DNA of 64,000 bases from positions 1,240,001-1,304,000 of the forward strand of contig OZ218958.1 of the NCBI GenBank assembly GCA_965112735.1. Direction: 5' to 3'. The stretch comes from Phaeosaccion multiseriatum. Its lineage: Eukaryota > Protista > Ochrophyta, other classes. Position numbers and translations under genes: made by a program. Numbering within the stretch: position 1 is the stretch's first letter; each line of letters begins with the position of its first letter. Shown one piece after another: positions 25,488 to 37,492 of this stretch. A model generated the notes under the pieces. The model was not told the origin of the DNA. It made no database searches and saw only the letters and a program-made list of their open reading frames with translations.

Positions 25488-28400
25488 TTCTTTCTCTCTC
25501 TCTTTCCCTCTCACCTTTTCCCAGGGTAAATCTCAGGTTGTGCTCTTTCTCTTCACTCGTGCTTGCCCAAACCTTCACCTGCGTAACGGACAAAGCACAG
25601 CACACACGTTAGTGTTCAAGTTTGGCAAAGACTGATTTTACAAAACATCAGAAGGAAGCTGAAACTGAAACTGGAAAGGTACAACTGACCTGTGTGCTGC
25701 TTCCGTCCCACGAGTAAGCCGTGCAATAAAGAGTTACGGTCACACCATCCCCGATGACGGTGCTGGCACCTGGCTCGCCCTCCCGAGGAGGAGCGATAAC
25801 GTCCTCCTCCTCCTCATCCTCCTCCTCATCCTCCTCCTCCTCATTCCCCTCCTCCTCCTCCTCCTTCTCCTCCTCCGCCTCCTTCTGGTCGATCCCCTCC
25901 CACCCCCCTTCCTCCTCCTGCTCGCGGGGAATGACCCTTTCCACCGCCACCCCCAGGTCTATTAAATCATCAAAGGCCTCCAGCGTCTTCAAAGCAAATT
26001 TCCTCACCAACCCTTTCTCAACCACCTTGCTCCAACGGTCTCTTCCTCCTGCATTGACAATGGAGCTGCTCACACTGGAGCAGCGAGAGCTCAGTCGAGA
26101 GTTGAGGCGCGAGCTGAGCCGATTGGAGGAGGAAAATAGCACCATCTCCTCCATGTCCTTTGCAGCGGCACGCAACTCATCGATCTCCTGCGTAACGGAA
26201 AGCGCAGCAGCTGTGGGTGATTCATCAGCGGCTGTTGGTGATACATCCGCACCAATAGCTGGCAGCACAACTGTTGGCAGTGGTAGCCCCGACTGGGCAC
26301 TGCTCTGATGCACCAACTTGTCTACCTTGTCGCCCTCAACCAGCTCGCCCCTCCTTGCCTCACTCTGCCCAACCATCACCCCTACCCCTTTGCTTGCCTC
26401 GCCCCCCTTCCCCGCTGAAGACCAATCCCTTGCCCCTTCTCCCACGATAGAAGATGCTGGAGACGGCTCCAGTAGCCGTGCCGCAGCGGCACCACTGTCA
26501 TGTACTGGTCTTCCGTCTCTGCCTGTTGTCGTACTTGACGTCAGACTTCGCTTCCCCCCCACTCCTCCACCTATTTCTTCATTCGCTCCTGCGGTGGTAG
26601 CGCATGACCCGGTCCGATCTGACTGTGCTGAAGTCAAGTCAGACACATCAGACCACCTCTCTGCTACTGCTGCTTCTCTTCCTCCTCCTCCTCCTCCTCC
26701 TTCTCCGCCTCCTACTCCTCCTCCTCCTCCTCCTCCTCCTCCTGCTGCTGCTGGTGCTGGTGCTGGTGCTGGTGCTGCTGCTGCTGCTTCTTCTCCTCCT
26801 TCTCCGCTGACGGCTCCGTCCCGATGAAGGACCGTGGTGCGGTGCGACTGACGAGGAGGAGGGGGCGGCCTCACAGCCCATTGGACATAATTCCTACGCG
26901 CATTGGTGATACGGTAGCAGCAGCAGTTGGCGATACATTAGCAGTTGGAGACACAGCAGCAACAGGCAACTCCCCCTCCTCCTCCTCCTCCTCCTCCTCC
27001 TCCTCCCTCCTGTCTCCTACTCCTCCCTCTCTCCTATTCCTCCTCCTTCTCCTCCCTCTCTCTCTTACTCCTCTCCCTTACCTCGGAAAGTAGCCCTCGC
27101 CTCCTTTTGAATTCCTGCCGTACCACCAACCGTCTGGGTGTGTTTCCAAGACCTGTACCTTCTCCCCCGGCTCCAACTGAATGTCGCCTTCTACATCAGC
27201 AGCCCACGAATACACAACCACATACTCTCCTAACGCGCTACTACCTTGCTTCTGGTGCTCCCCTCCCCCTACTTCCCCTGTCCCCGCTGCTGCTGCCACT
27301 CCGTTTTGTGCCCCTCTCTTCGTCTCAGCAAGCTGCCCCCCTCCTCCTCCTCCTCCTCGTCCTCCTGCTGCTGCTGCTCTGGGCGATACGGCAGGCGAGG
27401 TGGCGGGTGATGGGGCTGGAGACAAGCATAAGGGGCTCAATCCACCACTAAAGAGCACCTCTCCATCCTTCTTGACCGGACCTGCACCAGAACAGTAAGG
27501 AGAGAGAGGAGGGAGAGACAGACAGAGACAGAGAGGAAGAGAGGGAAGAGAATGACACGCGCAGATGGATGGCAGTGGATGGAGGTGGAAGGGAGTGGGC
27601 CGGTCGAGCAGTCAGTCGCCTTGCCGTCGAGGGAGAGAGTGCGTGAGGCGGATCACACACACGTCGAGAGAAAAGAGACGTACGCTGCCGATGCCGTGCA
27701 TGCCACTGTGGCTTTCTTCCCCCCCTCTCCCCCTTCTCCCCTCTCTTCTCCCCTCTCTTCTCCCCTCCCCCCTGACACACACACCTTCACCACTGAAGAG
27801 CCACGCTCTGAGCAGCGCAGCGAGATCCGTCTGTCCCAGGAGTGCATCAAGATAGTCTCCCAGGGCCTGTCCTGACACCACGTAGGCGTCCTTTCGGAGC
27901 AGCTTGCGGATGGAGTTCGTTTGTTGGGCGAGCTCCACAGACACCTCCTCCAGGGCAGCCGGGTCCAGCTAGTGGGTGGGTGGGTGGGTGGGGTGGATGG
28001 CAATGGATGAGTGGGGGTGGGTGGATGGTAGAGGGTGCAGCGGCGGATGGGTGAGGTGGATGGCAATGGATGGATACAGCATGAGCGGGTTTTTTGTTTT
28101 GTTTTGTTTGTTGAGTCTTGCAGTTTTCTGTCGGTTGTTGGATTTGTTTGAGTGTATTGGTTGCTCACGCACGCATGCACACACACACACACACGCACAC
28201 ACACACGCACACACACACGCACACACACACACATACCTCTTTGAACACGCTGTTGTGCAGCTCTGCAGCAAGGGCCCGGAAGTCAGACAGCCTCTTCTGC
28301 TTGCTGCAAACCTTGCCCCCAGGCTGTCCCACTATAACCTCATAGGACAGGCCGTTTTTCAGCACAGCGTCACGATCGATCACCTCCACCTGGTTGGGGT

Positions 28401-29900
28401 CCAGTAGGACAGGTTGGGCGGCGGTGGGGGAGGGAGGGAGGGAGGGAGGGAGAATGGGAGTGAGTGAGTGAGTGAATGAGTGAGTGAGGGAGGGAGGGTG
28501 GAGGGAGGGAGGGAGGGAGGGAGGGAGGGGGGGAGGGAGGTAGGTGGGCGAGTGGGTAGGTGGGGATGAATGGGCGGGGATGCCATCGGATGGGCAGCAT
28601 TCAGCTGGAGGACACTTCTGCAGGGTTGGGCAAGATGCTACCGCCTGGCGGAAACCACAGGGAGAAAGAATCTTGTCCTTGTTCCTCTCAGCCTTACCCA
28701 GTCGGTCTCCATCTCTCCAAATAGTTCTCCCCTCTGCTTTCTCTCAGTCTTTCCCTCTCTTCTCCCTCCACGTGTCCTCTCCTCATCATTCCTCCCCTCA
28801 CTCTTCCCCATACCACCACACCACACGCACCAGAACGTAATCAATGCCTATCTGTGCAGGGTACGGCATGTAACCGCCTTTGGCCTGGGATAAGAGGGGG
28901 CTCTCCAGAGGCATGATAGCCGGTGGTGGGCCCACAGGCTGGCGAGTGACATAGGTGATGGGCAACACACCCACTTTACCAGACACCACGCTTCGCCCCT
29001 TTGGGAAGAGAAACAGCAGCAGCAGCAGCAGCAGGAGGTAGGGGAGGAGGAGGAGGAGGAGGAGGAGGTGGAGGAGGAGGAGGAGGAGGAGGAGGAGGAG
29101 GAGGAGGAGGAGGAGGAGGAGGAGGAGGAGGAGGAGGAGGAGGAGGAGGAGGAGGAGGAGGAGGCTGAGGAAGACGAAGTTTCGAAAGTCACTGGCACAA
29201 TCATCCCTATGCCCCCCTAATGCTCCCAGCACCTCCCTCCCTCCCTAACTCAATACCCCCCCCCCCCCTCCCGCCTCCCTCCCCTCCCCTGCTCCCCTCT
29301 CCCGTACCTCCCACCAGCCCTGTCCTGCATGCGCCACTCCGGTGACTTCGAGGATGTCTCCACACCGAAAAGACAAATTCGTTCTCTCCGTGGCTGTGGC
29401 ATTAAACATGGGTATAGCAAGAGAGAGAGGGAGGGGGGGAGGGGCAGGGAACGTGGGCAAGGGAGGGAAGAAAGGAAGAGGTCGAAGGAGGGGTGACAAG
29501 GAGGTGGAGAGAAGGAAGGAGGGGGAGAAAAAATAGAGAATGAGAGAGAGGAGGGGCGAGGGGGGGGGGGTTGAAGAGAAAAGAGAGGGAGGAGGAGAGA
29601 GAGGTGAGATGGACAAAAGGATACATTGGAGGCAGAGAGGCCGGAAAGGGGGGAAGAAAGAGAACGAAGGACAGAGAGCGAGAAAGGAAGAATATAGAAA
29701 GACACGGAGAGGAGTAGAGACCGTGTTGGTCGGTCTCCATCACCCCCCCTCCCTTTCGTCATTGGCCTTGGCACCCAACCCACAGACCTACCTGCATAGT
29801 CCCATAGCGCCAGCACATAGAATGGCACGCTGTCTCCATTCTCTCCAGCCGCTCCCGCTGCTACAGCCTCGTTCAGCTGTAGAGCCGTACTTCCTCTCAT
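22159..29900 (-). CDS. Multidomain protein: SH3 - PX-like - SH3 - low complexity - FKBP-type PPIase domain - Gly-rich tail; 12 exons
   Basis: Exons 29792-29900, 29308-29393, 28831-28998, 28237-28389, 27785-27968, 27082-27481, 25690-26893, 25515-25578, 24617-24781, 23344-24347, 23020-23115, 22159-22533. SH3 motifs ALWDY..LSFRCGDILEV..GWWEG..GVLPITYV and YSW..IQLEPGEKVQV..DGWWYG..GYFPRNYV. PX-like KRLSDFRALAAEL. FKBP FTLGKGQVTKGLEAGL..PPLAYG..VPKNSHVVYEVEV. Confidence 0.85.
24785..25252. repeat. GGATGG(CA/GA)-based minisatellite immediately upstream of a splice acceptor
   Basis: Units GGATGGCAGT / GGATGGCAAC / GGATGGGATT. Related tracts at 1180, 2855, 20494, 27566 and 27990. Confidence 0.9.
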
Positions 29901-30170
29901 GGCCTTCACCCTGTCTCGTAAGTCGGCGAGAGCAACCTAATCAAGTGTGCAGCAGGACCGCTCCAGCTAGGGACTGCCACCACAGTAGCAGCATCCCACC
30001 TTCATCTCCTCCTTTCCCAGGAGCTGGTGACTGCCTCAGCATCGCTTGTTTCGCTATTGTACCGCTCCTTTCATTGTGTGTCTTTCAGCTTGGTTTTCAA
30101 CAACAATGGAAACGGAAACCCGCCCGCCGGATCCCCTCTCTTTCGTATAGCATTCCTCCGACAGAAAACT

Positions 30171-30695
30171 ATGCGGCTCCTTGTGGTCCTCCTCCCCCTC
30201 CTCCTCCAAGCCTCCTCTGCCTTCCTGCTGGTGGTTCCCTCTTGCAAGGCAGGAGGTCTGGGAAGGAGCAGCAGGAGCAGCAGCAGATCACATATGCGGC
30301 TGGGGAGAGGAGAGAGAAATGGGGGGGAAGAGATTGCAGCGAAAGGGGATTCGAGAGCGCCTCTGATTAGGGAAATGAGGATGTCGGCCCTCTCCCTCTT
30401 GGTTCTGATTGGGGCGTCCACAGCAGCGGCAGCGCTGGAGGTGAACACAGCAGAGCTCCTGGACAGCGTCTTCGCGGATACAAGTGCCAGTGCCCCTGTC
30501 GTGGAGCGCCAGCTCAACCAACAACAACAGGGAAGCAAGGGACCCTCAGAGCAGCCACATCAGGCTCAGGGTCAGCAGCAAACGCAGCAGCAGCAGCAGC
30601 TGCTGGGTGACGACGCGGCCCCTCCCGAATCAGACTTCGCTCGGGCGCTTCGCAATGGAAAGAGGCAGCCCGGCCCGCTCACTCACGGGATGTAG
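30171..30695 (+). CDS. Small putative plastid (possibly thylakoid-lumen) protein of unknown function, single exon
   Basis: MRLLVVLLPLLLQASSAF = signal peptide + ASAF-type motif, then a Ser/Arg-rich transit region and a second hydrophobic stretch LSLLVLIGASTAAAA. Ends PGPLTHGM*. Confidence 0.65.
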   Translation: MRLLVVLLPLLLQASSAFLLVVPSCKAGGLGRSSRSSSRSHMRLGRGERNGGEEIAAKGDSRAPLIREMRMSALSLLVLIGASTAAAALEVNTAELLDSVFADTSASAPVVERQLNQQQQGSKGPSEQPHQAQGQQQTQQQQQLLGDDAAPPESDFARALRNGKRQPGPLTHGM

Positions 30696-31926
30696 AGAAG
30701 GGTGGAGGGGGGGATCGATATCCTTCTTCTCGCCGAACCCGTCGCCGGGAGAGGAGGCACGATCGAACAGAGTCGCATATCCGTATGAAGTCCTGGTGCT
30801 CCTGCGGCATCTCCTGCTTCAGAGGCCTCACACCCTCTCCACAGAAGATCCACGGCCGTGGCAGAGGTGCCTGATGCATGACTCAGGGACGTAAACGACT
30901 CATCGGCCAATCGCCATTGGGGTCTTCTCCACTCGATCGGGCTCGAAGCGTCCCGGGGAGAGGGGGGGAGGGCGAGGGCCGACAGTCTCACAGGATGTCG
31001 TGTGGAAGGAGTTCCCTCTCTTGAAACCTTCGGTATGCGCGTTTGCCGGGAGAGGCGGCGGGGGACGGGGCTGAGGGTCTTCGGCTGTGGAGACAGATGA
31101 CACACCAGTCACAGCCGACCACTCGGGGCAGAACCTTTTGGTCAGACGCGAGTGGAGTGAGTCCTTTGGGCAATAGACGATTCAGCGCACTGCAGGAGTG
31201 AGTCCGTTGGCCAAAAGGCGACTCTGGAGGCCTCTTGGCTTTGGGCGGAGACAACATACACTTGTACATACAGGCATGTCAAACCCCGACCGCACAGCAC
31301 GAAGAGGGTGTGGGGAAGAAAGCACGTACTGAGTGCATCGATCGCTCGCTTTGATGTGTATGTGTGAAGATGGGAAAGTGGCGGAGATGCCAAGCCTTGG
31401 GAATAAGATGGAGGCGCCAACGACGAAGAGGAGGGTGCCAATTGTGATGGTAGGGGCGATAGAACGCGGAGGACTTCGACCCTCACTCACTCACCACTCA
31501 CTCACTCACTCACTCACTCACTCACTCACTCACTCACTCACTCACTCACTCACTCACTCACTCACTCGCTCACTCACTCCCTCACCCAACCACTCACTTG
31601 CTCACTCCCTCACTCACTCACTCCATCACTCACTCACTCCCTCACTCACTCACTCAATCAAACCAAGTCAAGGCTGGTCTTTTCACCTCTTTATTGTATA
31701 TGGATGACCATAATAGATCGATAGAAATAAAGACCGACAAAGCAAGACATGGCGTGTTTATTTGAAAAAAACTCCGCAGAAAACACCCCTCCCCCCGTTT
31801 GGGTCGCTGCTGCCTATTGTACGTTTCCGTTGATGGGCTTGGTGGGAAGTCATGACCAGGGGGGGCGAAGAACTTCGAAACTCGAACCAGGATGTCGAGG
31901 AGGTCGACTTTGATTCACGCCCCTAC

Positions 31927-32750
31927 CTATGCGTGCCACGCATGGCGCAGCATGGCCTCGAACATATCGTCATCCTCAATGCCCGAAGAGAGATCATGAT
32001 CTGACAGGGAGGGAGGGAAGGAGAGAGGGGAGGGGGGGAGGGAGCGCGGGGAGGGGAGGGGAGGAGGGGAGGGAGAGCGGGAGGAAGAGAGGGAGAGGAA
32101 CGGGGGGAGGGAGGGAGGATGGGGAGGGAGGGGAGGGGAGGGGAGGGGAGGGAGGGAGGGAGAGAGGGAGAGGAACGGGGGGAGGGAGGGAGGATGGGGA
32201 GGGAGGGGAGGGGAGGGGAGGGGAGGGGAGGGAGGGAGGGAGGGAGGGGAGGGAGGGGAGGGGAGGAGGGAGGGAGGGAGGGAGGGAGAGGGAGGGAGGG
32301 AGGGAGGGAGGGGAGGGGAGGGGAGGAGGGAGGGAGGGAGGGAGAGGGAGGGAGGGGAGGAAGGAGGGAGGGAGAGGGAGGGAGGGAGGGGAGGAAGGAG
32401 GGAGGGAGGGAGGGAGGGTGCAGCACGTTCCACTGTCAGAGTCACGTACACACAACCAAATCCACGCGCACATTCTCACACGTACCCACTGGCCCATTGA
32501 CATACTACACCCACCCTTTGACTTACAATAAGCCATGAACTCTTGTCTGGTGATATGGCCGTCGGCATCTGTGTCCCACAGAGAGATGAAGTCGCGAAGG
32601 GCGTCCTCCTTGCTCACGGCACCGCTCCTCACACCCGCGCAGCTCTCCGCCTTGTACGCCTACGCACCAGGGTCAGGGGGTTTTAGCCCCGAGGGCAAGG
32701 GCAGAGGGGTGAGGGTGAGGGTGAGGGTTAGGGTTAGGGTTAGGATTAGG

Positions 32751-32783
<33 letters not shown>

Positions 32784-32793
32784 AGGTTGAGGG

Positions 32794-32838
<45 letters not shown>

Positions 32839-33389
32839 AGGTCGAGGGTGAGGGGGAGGGTGTGGGCAGAGGGCAGGGTCAGGGTGAGGATGAGGGTGAG
32901 GGTGAGAGTGAGAGTGAGGGTGAGCGTGAGGATGAGGGTCAGGGTCAAGGCAGCTGCTGTACGTACCTGCATGAAGTTCTCCATTTCAATGACGTCACGC
33001 CCTTCCTCCCCCCCTCCCTCCTCTCCAGCCTCGCTCTTGCCCTTCTTGATCGCTTCGAAGGTCTGAGTCACCAGGGTCTCCCGTCGCGCTGACAGGGGGG
33101 GTCGCAGCCCTCGCAAGAACTCCTTCACGCTGATCAAGCCTGTCCGTGATTGATTGATAAGAATGATGTAAGTCGGTGATAGGTAAGTCAGTGAGACGAT
33201 AAGAAGTAAAAAACTGAGATGCTAGTGTGCGGTCCGCTTGGATCAGATTGGATCGGAGGCCCATCCACCCAACCACCCACCCAACCACCCACCCAACCAC
33301 CCATCCCCCCCCCCCCCCCCCGCACCTACTCACCCAGCCACCCATCATTCCACCAATCCCCCTTCCCCCCTGCCTGCCTGCCTGCCTGA

Positions 33390-33420
<31 letters not shown>

Positions 33421-36400
33421 ACCGTCTCTGTTGGCGTCAAAGTGGGAGAGCATGAGGGTAAACTGCTCGTCATCCAAATCCACACCAAAGCGCCTGAGCC
33501 CGGCCAACAGGTCCTCTCGGTCGAGCATGCCATCCCCAGCTTCATCCATGGCCTTGAAGCACCGCCTGAGGCCGCGGATGGAGTAGGTACTGTGCTTGTT
33601 GATCATGTCCATCACGCTTTGGACAACGGCTTCTGCCGTCATCACGGGGGGGAGATCTTCCGTGGTTGTTTGGGGCCCCACGGAGCCCTCCTCGGCGGAC
33701 TGGGGGGTGGGGTGACGTGTGTGTGTGTGTGTGTACGCATGTGTGTGTATGTATGTGTGTAGGAGAGGGAGGGACGAAGGGGGGGAGGGGCGGAGGGAGG
33801 GAGAGCAACGAGAGAGAGAGTGTGTGAGTGTGTGTGTTGCGGCGGCATTGTTAGCCCAACTCAAGACGTGTGTGATGCTGTGGGACTATTCTTGGGACGA
33901 GAGGGGAACAACACAAACCACCCTCCCTCCCTCCCTCCCTCCCTCCCTCCCTCTGTATCACCAACACGCTCACCTTAGCCCCCACAATGACCCAGCGGTT
34001 TCCGAGTCGCTCTGCCTTGGCGGCTGATGAAGCCGTCTTGAGGCCCGTGGCCTCTGCCAGCAGCTGCAGCGACTTGCCTGAGCTCCAGAGGGGAGGGAGG
34101 AAGGAGAGGAGGGAGGGAGGGAGGGAGGGAGGGAGGGAAGGAAGGAAGGAAGCTTCAGCAACGCGCGCACACCCAACTACGCACCCACCCACCCACCTAC
34201 ACACACACACACACTCCCCCCACACACTCCCCCACACCCACCCACCCACCCACCCACCCACCCACACACACACCCACACACCTGTAGCAGCGAGGGAGTG
34301 GCAAGACACCTCGTACTCGGCGCCGAAGTCCGTGGTCTCCACGAAGCGCTTCTCGCAGCACAAGTTGCCCATTGTTGAACGGTGCGTGATGACCACGTCA
34401 GTGAAGGTCGGGACGGCGTGTCCTGGTTGGGCGGGTGGGAGGCATTCAGGAGGCATCAGGAGGCATCGGGAGGCATTGGGAGGCGTTTAGGAACGGTTAC
34501 AGGGTCGTGGTCAATGTGAGGAGGGAAGGAGGGACAGAAGGAGGGAGGGAGGGAGGGAGGGAGGGAGGGAAGGAAGGAAGGAAGGAAGTGATTTTGCTCT
34601 AAAGGCTCGGCTGAGGGCGAAGGGAACAGCAGAGCCGGCATCAATATCCTTCCTCTTCCTCATCTCCCTCCCTCCCTCCCTCCCTCCTTCTTTCCCTCCC
34701 TCCCTCTCTCCCTGCCTCCCTCCCTCCCTCCCTCCCTCTCTACATACCCTCGCACACTGACTGACTGACAGACTCCCTTTCTCCCTCTCTCCCTCCCTCT
34801 CTCTCTCCCTCCCTCCCTCCCTCCCCCCCTCCCTCCCTCCCTCCCTCCCTCCCTCCCTCCCTCCCTCCCTCCCTCCCCCCCCCTCCCTCCCTCCCTCCCT
34901 CCCTCCCTCCCTCCCTCCCTCCCTCCCTCCCTCCCTCCCTCCCTCCCTCCCTCCCTCCCTGCCTCCCTCCCTGCCTGCCTCCCTGCCTGCCTCCCTTCCT
35001 GCCTCCCTGCCTGCCTCACCTTCCGCGAGCACTCTCTGCGTGGCGCCTTCCTTCCCCACCACCACCTGCTCGAACTTCCACACCGTGTCGTTCGTGGCTC
35101 CTGCGAGATGGACAGTAAGAGGAAACCGTGTGTGTGTGTGTGAGAGTGAGTGTGTGTGTATGAGAGAGAGAGTGTGTGTGTTTGTGTGTGTGTGCGTAAG
35201 TGCCCCAGTACGAATTTCTTGATTGCTATGGAAACACTGTTAGATAAAGGCAACAAGTGGGTGGAATTGAAGTGGTGTGGTGTGCGTTATCCACTCATTT
35301 CCGCTTCAGGCCTATCCTCCTATCTCTCGACCTCTACTTTCTCCCCCCTGTCTTCGTCTCCTACTCCCCTCGCTCACTCCGTTCCCTCTCACTCAGTTCG
35401 TTCGGCGAGATTTCATGTTCGCCCTCTCTCCCTCTCTCAATCTCTCTCCCCTCCTTTCTCTTCCTTCACCTCCCTCTCTATGTCTCCCCTCAGTCTGTAT
35501 CTACTACACCCGCCCCTCCCCTCTCTTCCTCCCTCTTCCTCCCTCTCTTTCTCTCCCACACACCCCTGCTCGCCCACTCCGTCCCCCTCCTCACCCTTGT
35601 TGAGGAAAACCATCTGCCTGTTGCTGACTTTGCTCGTCTTCCGCTCATTCTTGAGCGTGGAAGCGAGGTACATGCTCTTACGCCGCATCTGAAGCTTCTC
35701 ATCCACCATGAGGCGAGGATGGCACTCTAGATGCACACCCTGCACCACAAGAGAGAGACAGAGAGCGAGGGAAGGAGATACAGGTATATCATATATGATA
35801 TAGAAGAGAGAGAGAGAGGGAGAGAGCGAAAAGGGAGAGAGGGAGGGAGGGAGAGAAGGGGCGAGAGAAGGGGCGAGAGGGAGCAGGACAGAAGAGGGGT
35901 GGGAGAGAATGAGTGAGGTGGAGAGGACACATGGTCGAGTCCGGACTAGATTGGCGATGCACCCAGAATGAGCTGAAAAAAGTGTTTATTGCCATACAGA
36001 GACCTGCAGACGGACAGATCAGACTTCTATGCAAGTCGAATGAACTCCTATCACCAGACGAAGGACACGAATCGAGAGGTAGAGCCCACAGCGCATGCAC
36101 TCACACATGCACGCACACACACACGCACGCACGCACACACACACGCACGCACACACACACAGACATACACAGGAACGTACACACACGCACACACACGCAC
36201 ACACACGCACACGCACATACCTTTCCGTAGGTAACGTAGTCACCCATCTGCTCCGGGTGTTCGTTGTACAGCGTTTGCCGTGCGGCTGCGTCCGTGTCAA
36301 TCAGACTCGGAGCAGTAACTGGTGTCACCACGAAGCACATGCGGGCAGAGGGGGCGACGCTGCGGGACTGCGGCGTGGCTGACACCAGGTACTGAGAGAA

Positions 36401-36985
36401 GAAGGGGAAGCGAAAGGAGAGGCAGGGAGGGAGGGAGGGAGGGAGGGAGGGAGGGAGGGAGGGAGGGAGGGAGGGAGGGAGGGAGGGAGGGAGGGAGGGG
36501 CAGAGGCAAAGGTGGAGCACGATGGAGGGGGAGAGGGATGTAAGCATCATTGCCTGCGGCTGAAGAGAGTCACATGCTTTCGCCTCCCATCACGAAAAAG
36601 TCAGGTACATAGACAGTCAAGTAGGAAAGGCATATAAAAATAGTCAGGTCCGAAGTCGGAGCGGAGTCTGAGCCAGAGGAGGGGGGGAGACGGCCCGATG
36701 TCCATCAGTCAGTCCGTCCGTCCGTCCGTCGGTGGTGGTCACTCCACGCAAACAATCGCGTGACCTCTCCTGCCCCCCAGGAGAGACGCACCTCACTCTC
36801 GCCGGGCAGAATCTCCTCGAAGGGGTCGCACGCCAGACGGGAGTCCGCCTCCACGCTCACAAGCTGAATCACGTCTCCGTAGCGGAGGAAGGAGTCCTCC
36901 GAATAGGACAGCGACACTCTCTGCATACCGGGGGGGATGCAAGGGAATGCGTGTGTGTGTGAGTGAGGGAGAGAAAGGTGTACTA

Positions 36986-37030
<45 letters not shown>

Positions 37031-37492
37031 CAGCACTGAGTCACGCCCTCCTTCCTTCTGCAGCCTCGACCAGCCTGACCTGGAGGCACTTGTCGGCTTT
37101 GGCCTTTCTGGAGTCTGCACAGAGCTCGTTGCAGTTCTTCTTGTGCTTGAAGCTCTGCATCTTGCTCTCCTCCATGCAGCTGTCCTCGAACCAGTTGCCG
37201 ACCTGAGAGAGGCCGCGGGGTGGGAGCGGGAGAAGGAGGCAGGCTCTGTTCAGCGCGTAGATAGGGAGCATACTGCTCAGTCGATACTGCTAGTACAAGT
37301 ACTACTCTACTGCTGCCGGCGGCTGCTGCTACAGGAAGCAGAGGGAGGGGGGGGATTTAAATTGATTCTAATTGCATATGCTAGATTAGCATGCAGCAGC
37401 AGCAGCTGCTGCTACTGCTGCTCTGCGAGAAATACCTTAGTCTTGACTCCATAGCGCTGTGCCCCAGCAAGCTGCTGCGGTGTGAACTGCAT
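31927..37492 (-). CDS. CFAP161-like ciliary domain fused to a calcyphosin-like EF-hand domain; 12 exons
   Basis: Exons (approx.) 37436-37492, 37080-37202, 36792-36920, 36221-36391, 35595-35739, 35020-35100, 34282-34422, 33974-34077, 33423-33699, 32967-33139, 32527-32659, 31927-32000. N-terminal [39 protein letters not shown] (CFAP161-like). C-terminal [76 protein letters not shown] (calcyphosin-like). Confidence 0.85.
32706..32946 (+). repeat. (TGAGGG)n hexamer tract containing a few TTAGGG telomere-type units, intronic
   Basis: Direct observation: GGGTTAGGGTTAGGGTTAGGATTAGGG at about 32725-32751 inside a TGAGGG array. Confidence 0.85.

Noticed and set aside
30700-31900. Short ORFs downstream of the small plastid-protein gene
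   Set aside because: No recognisable product or coherent exon structure.
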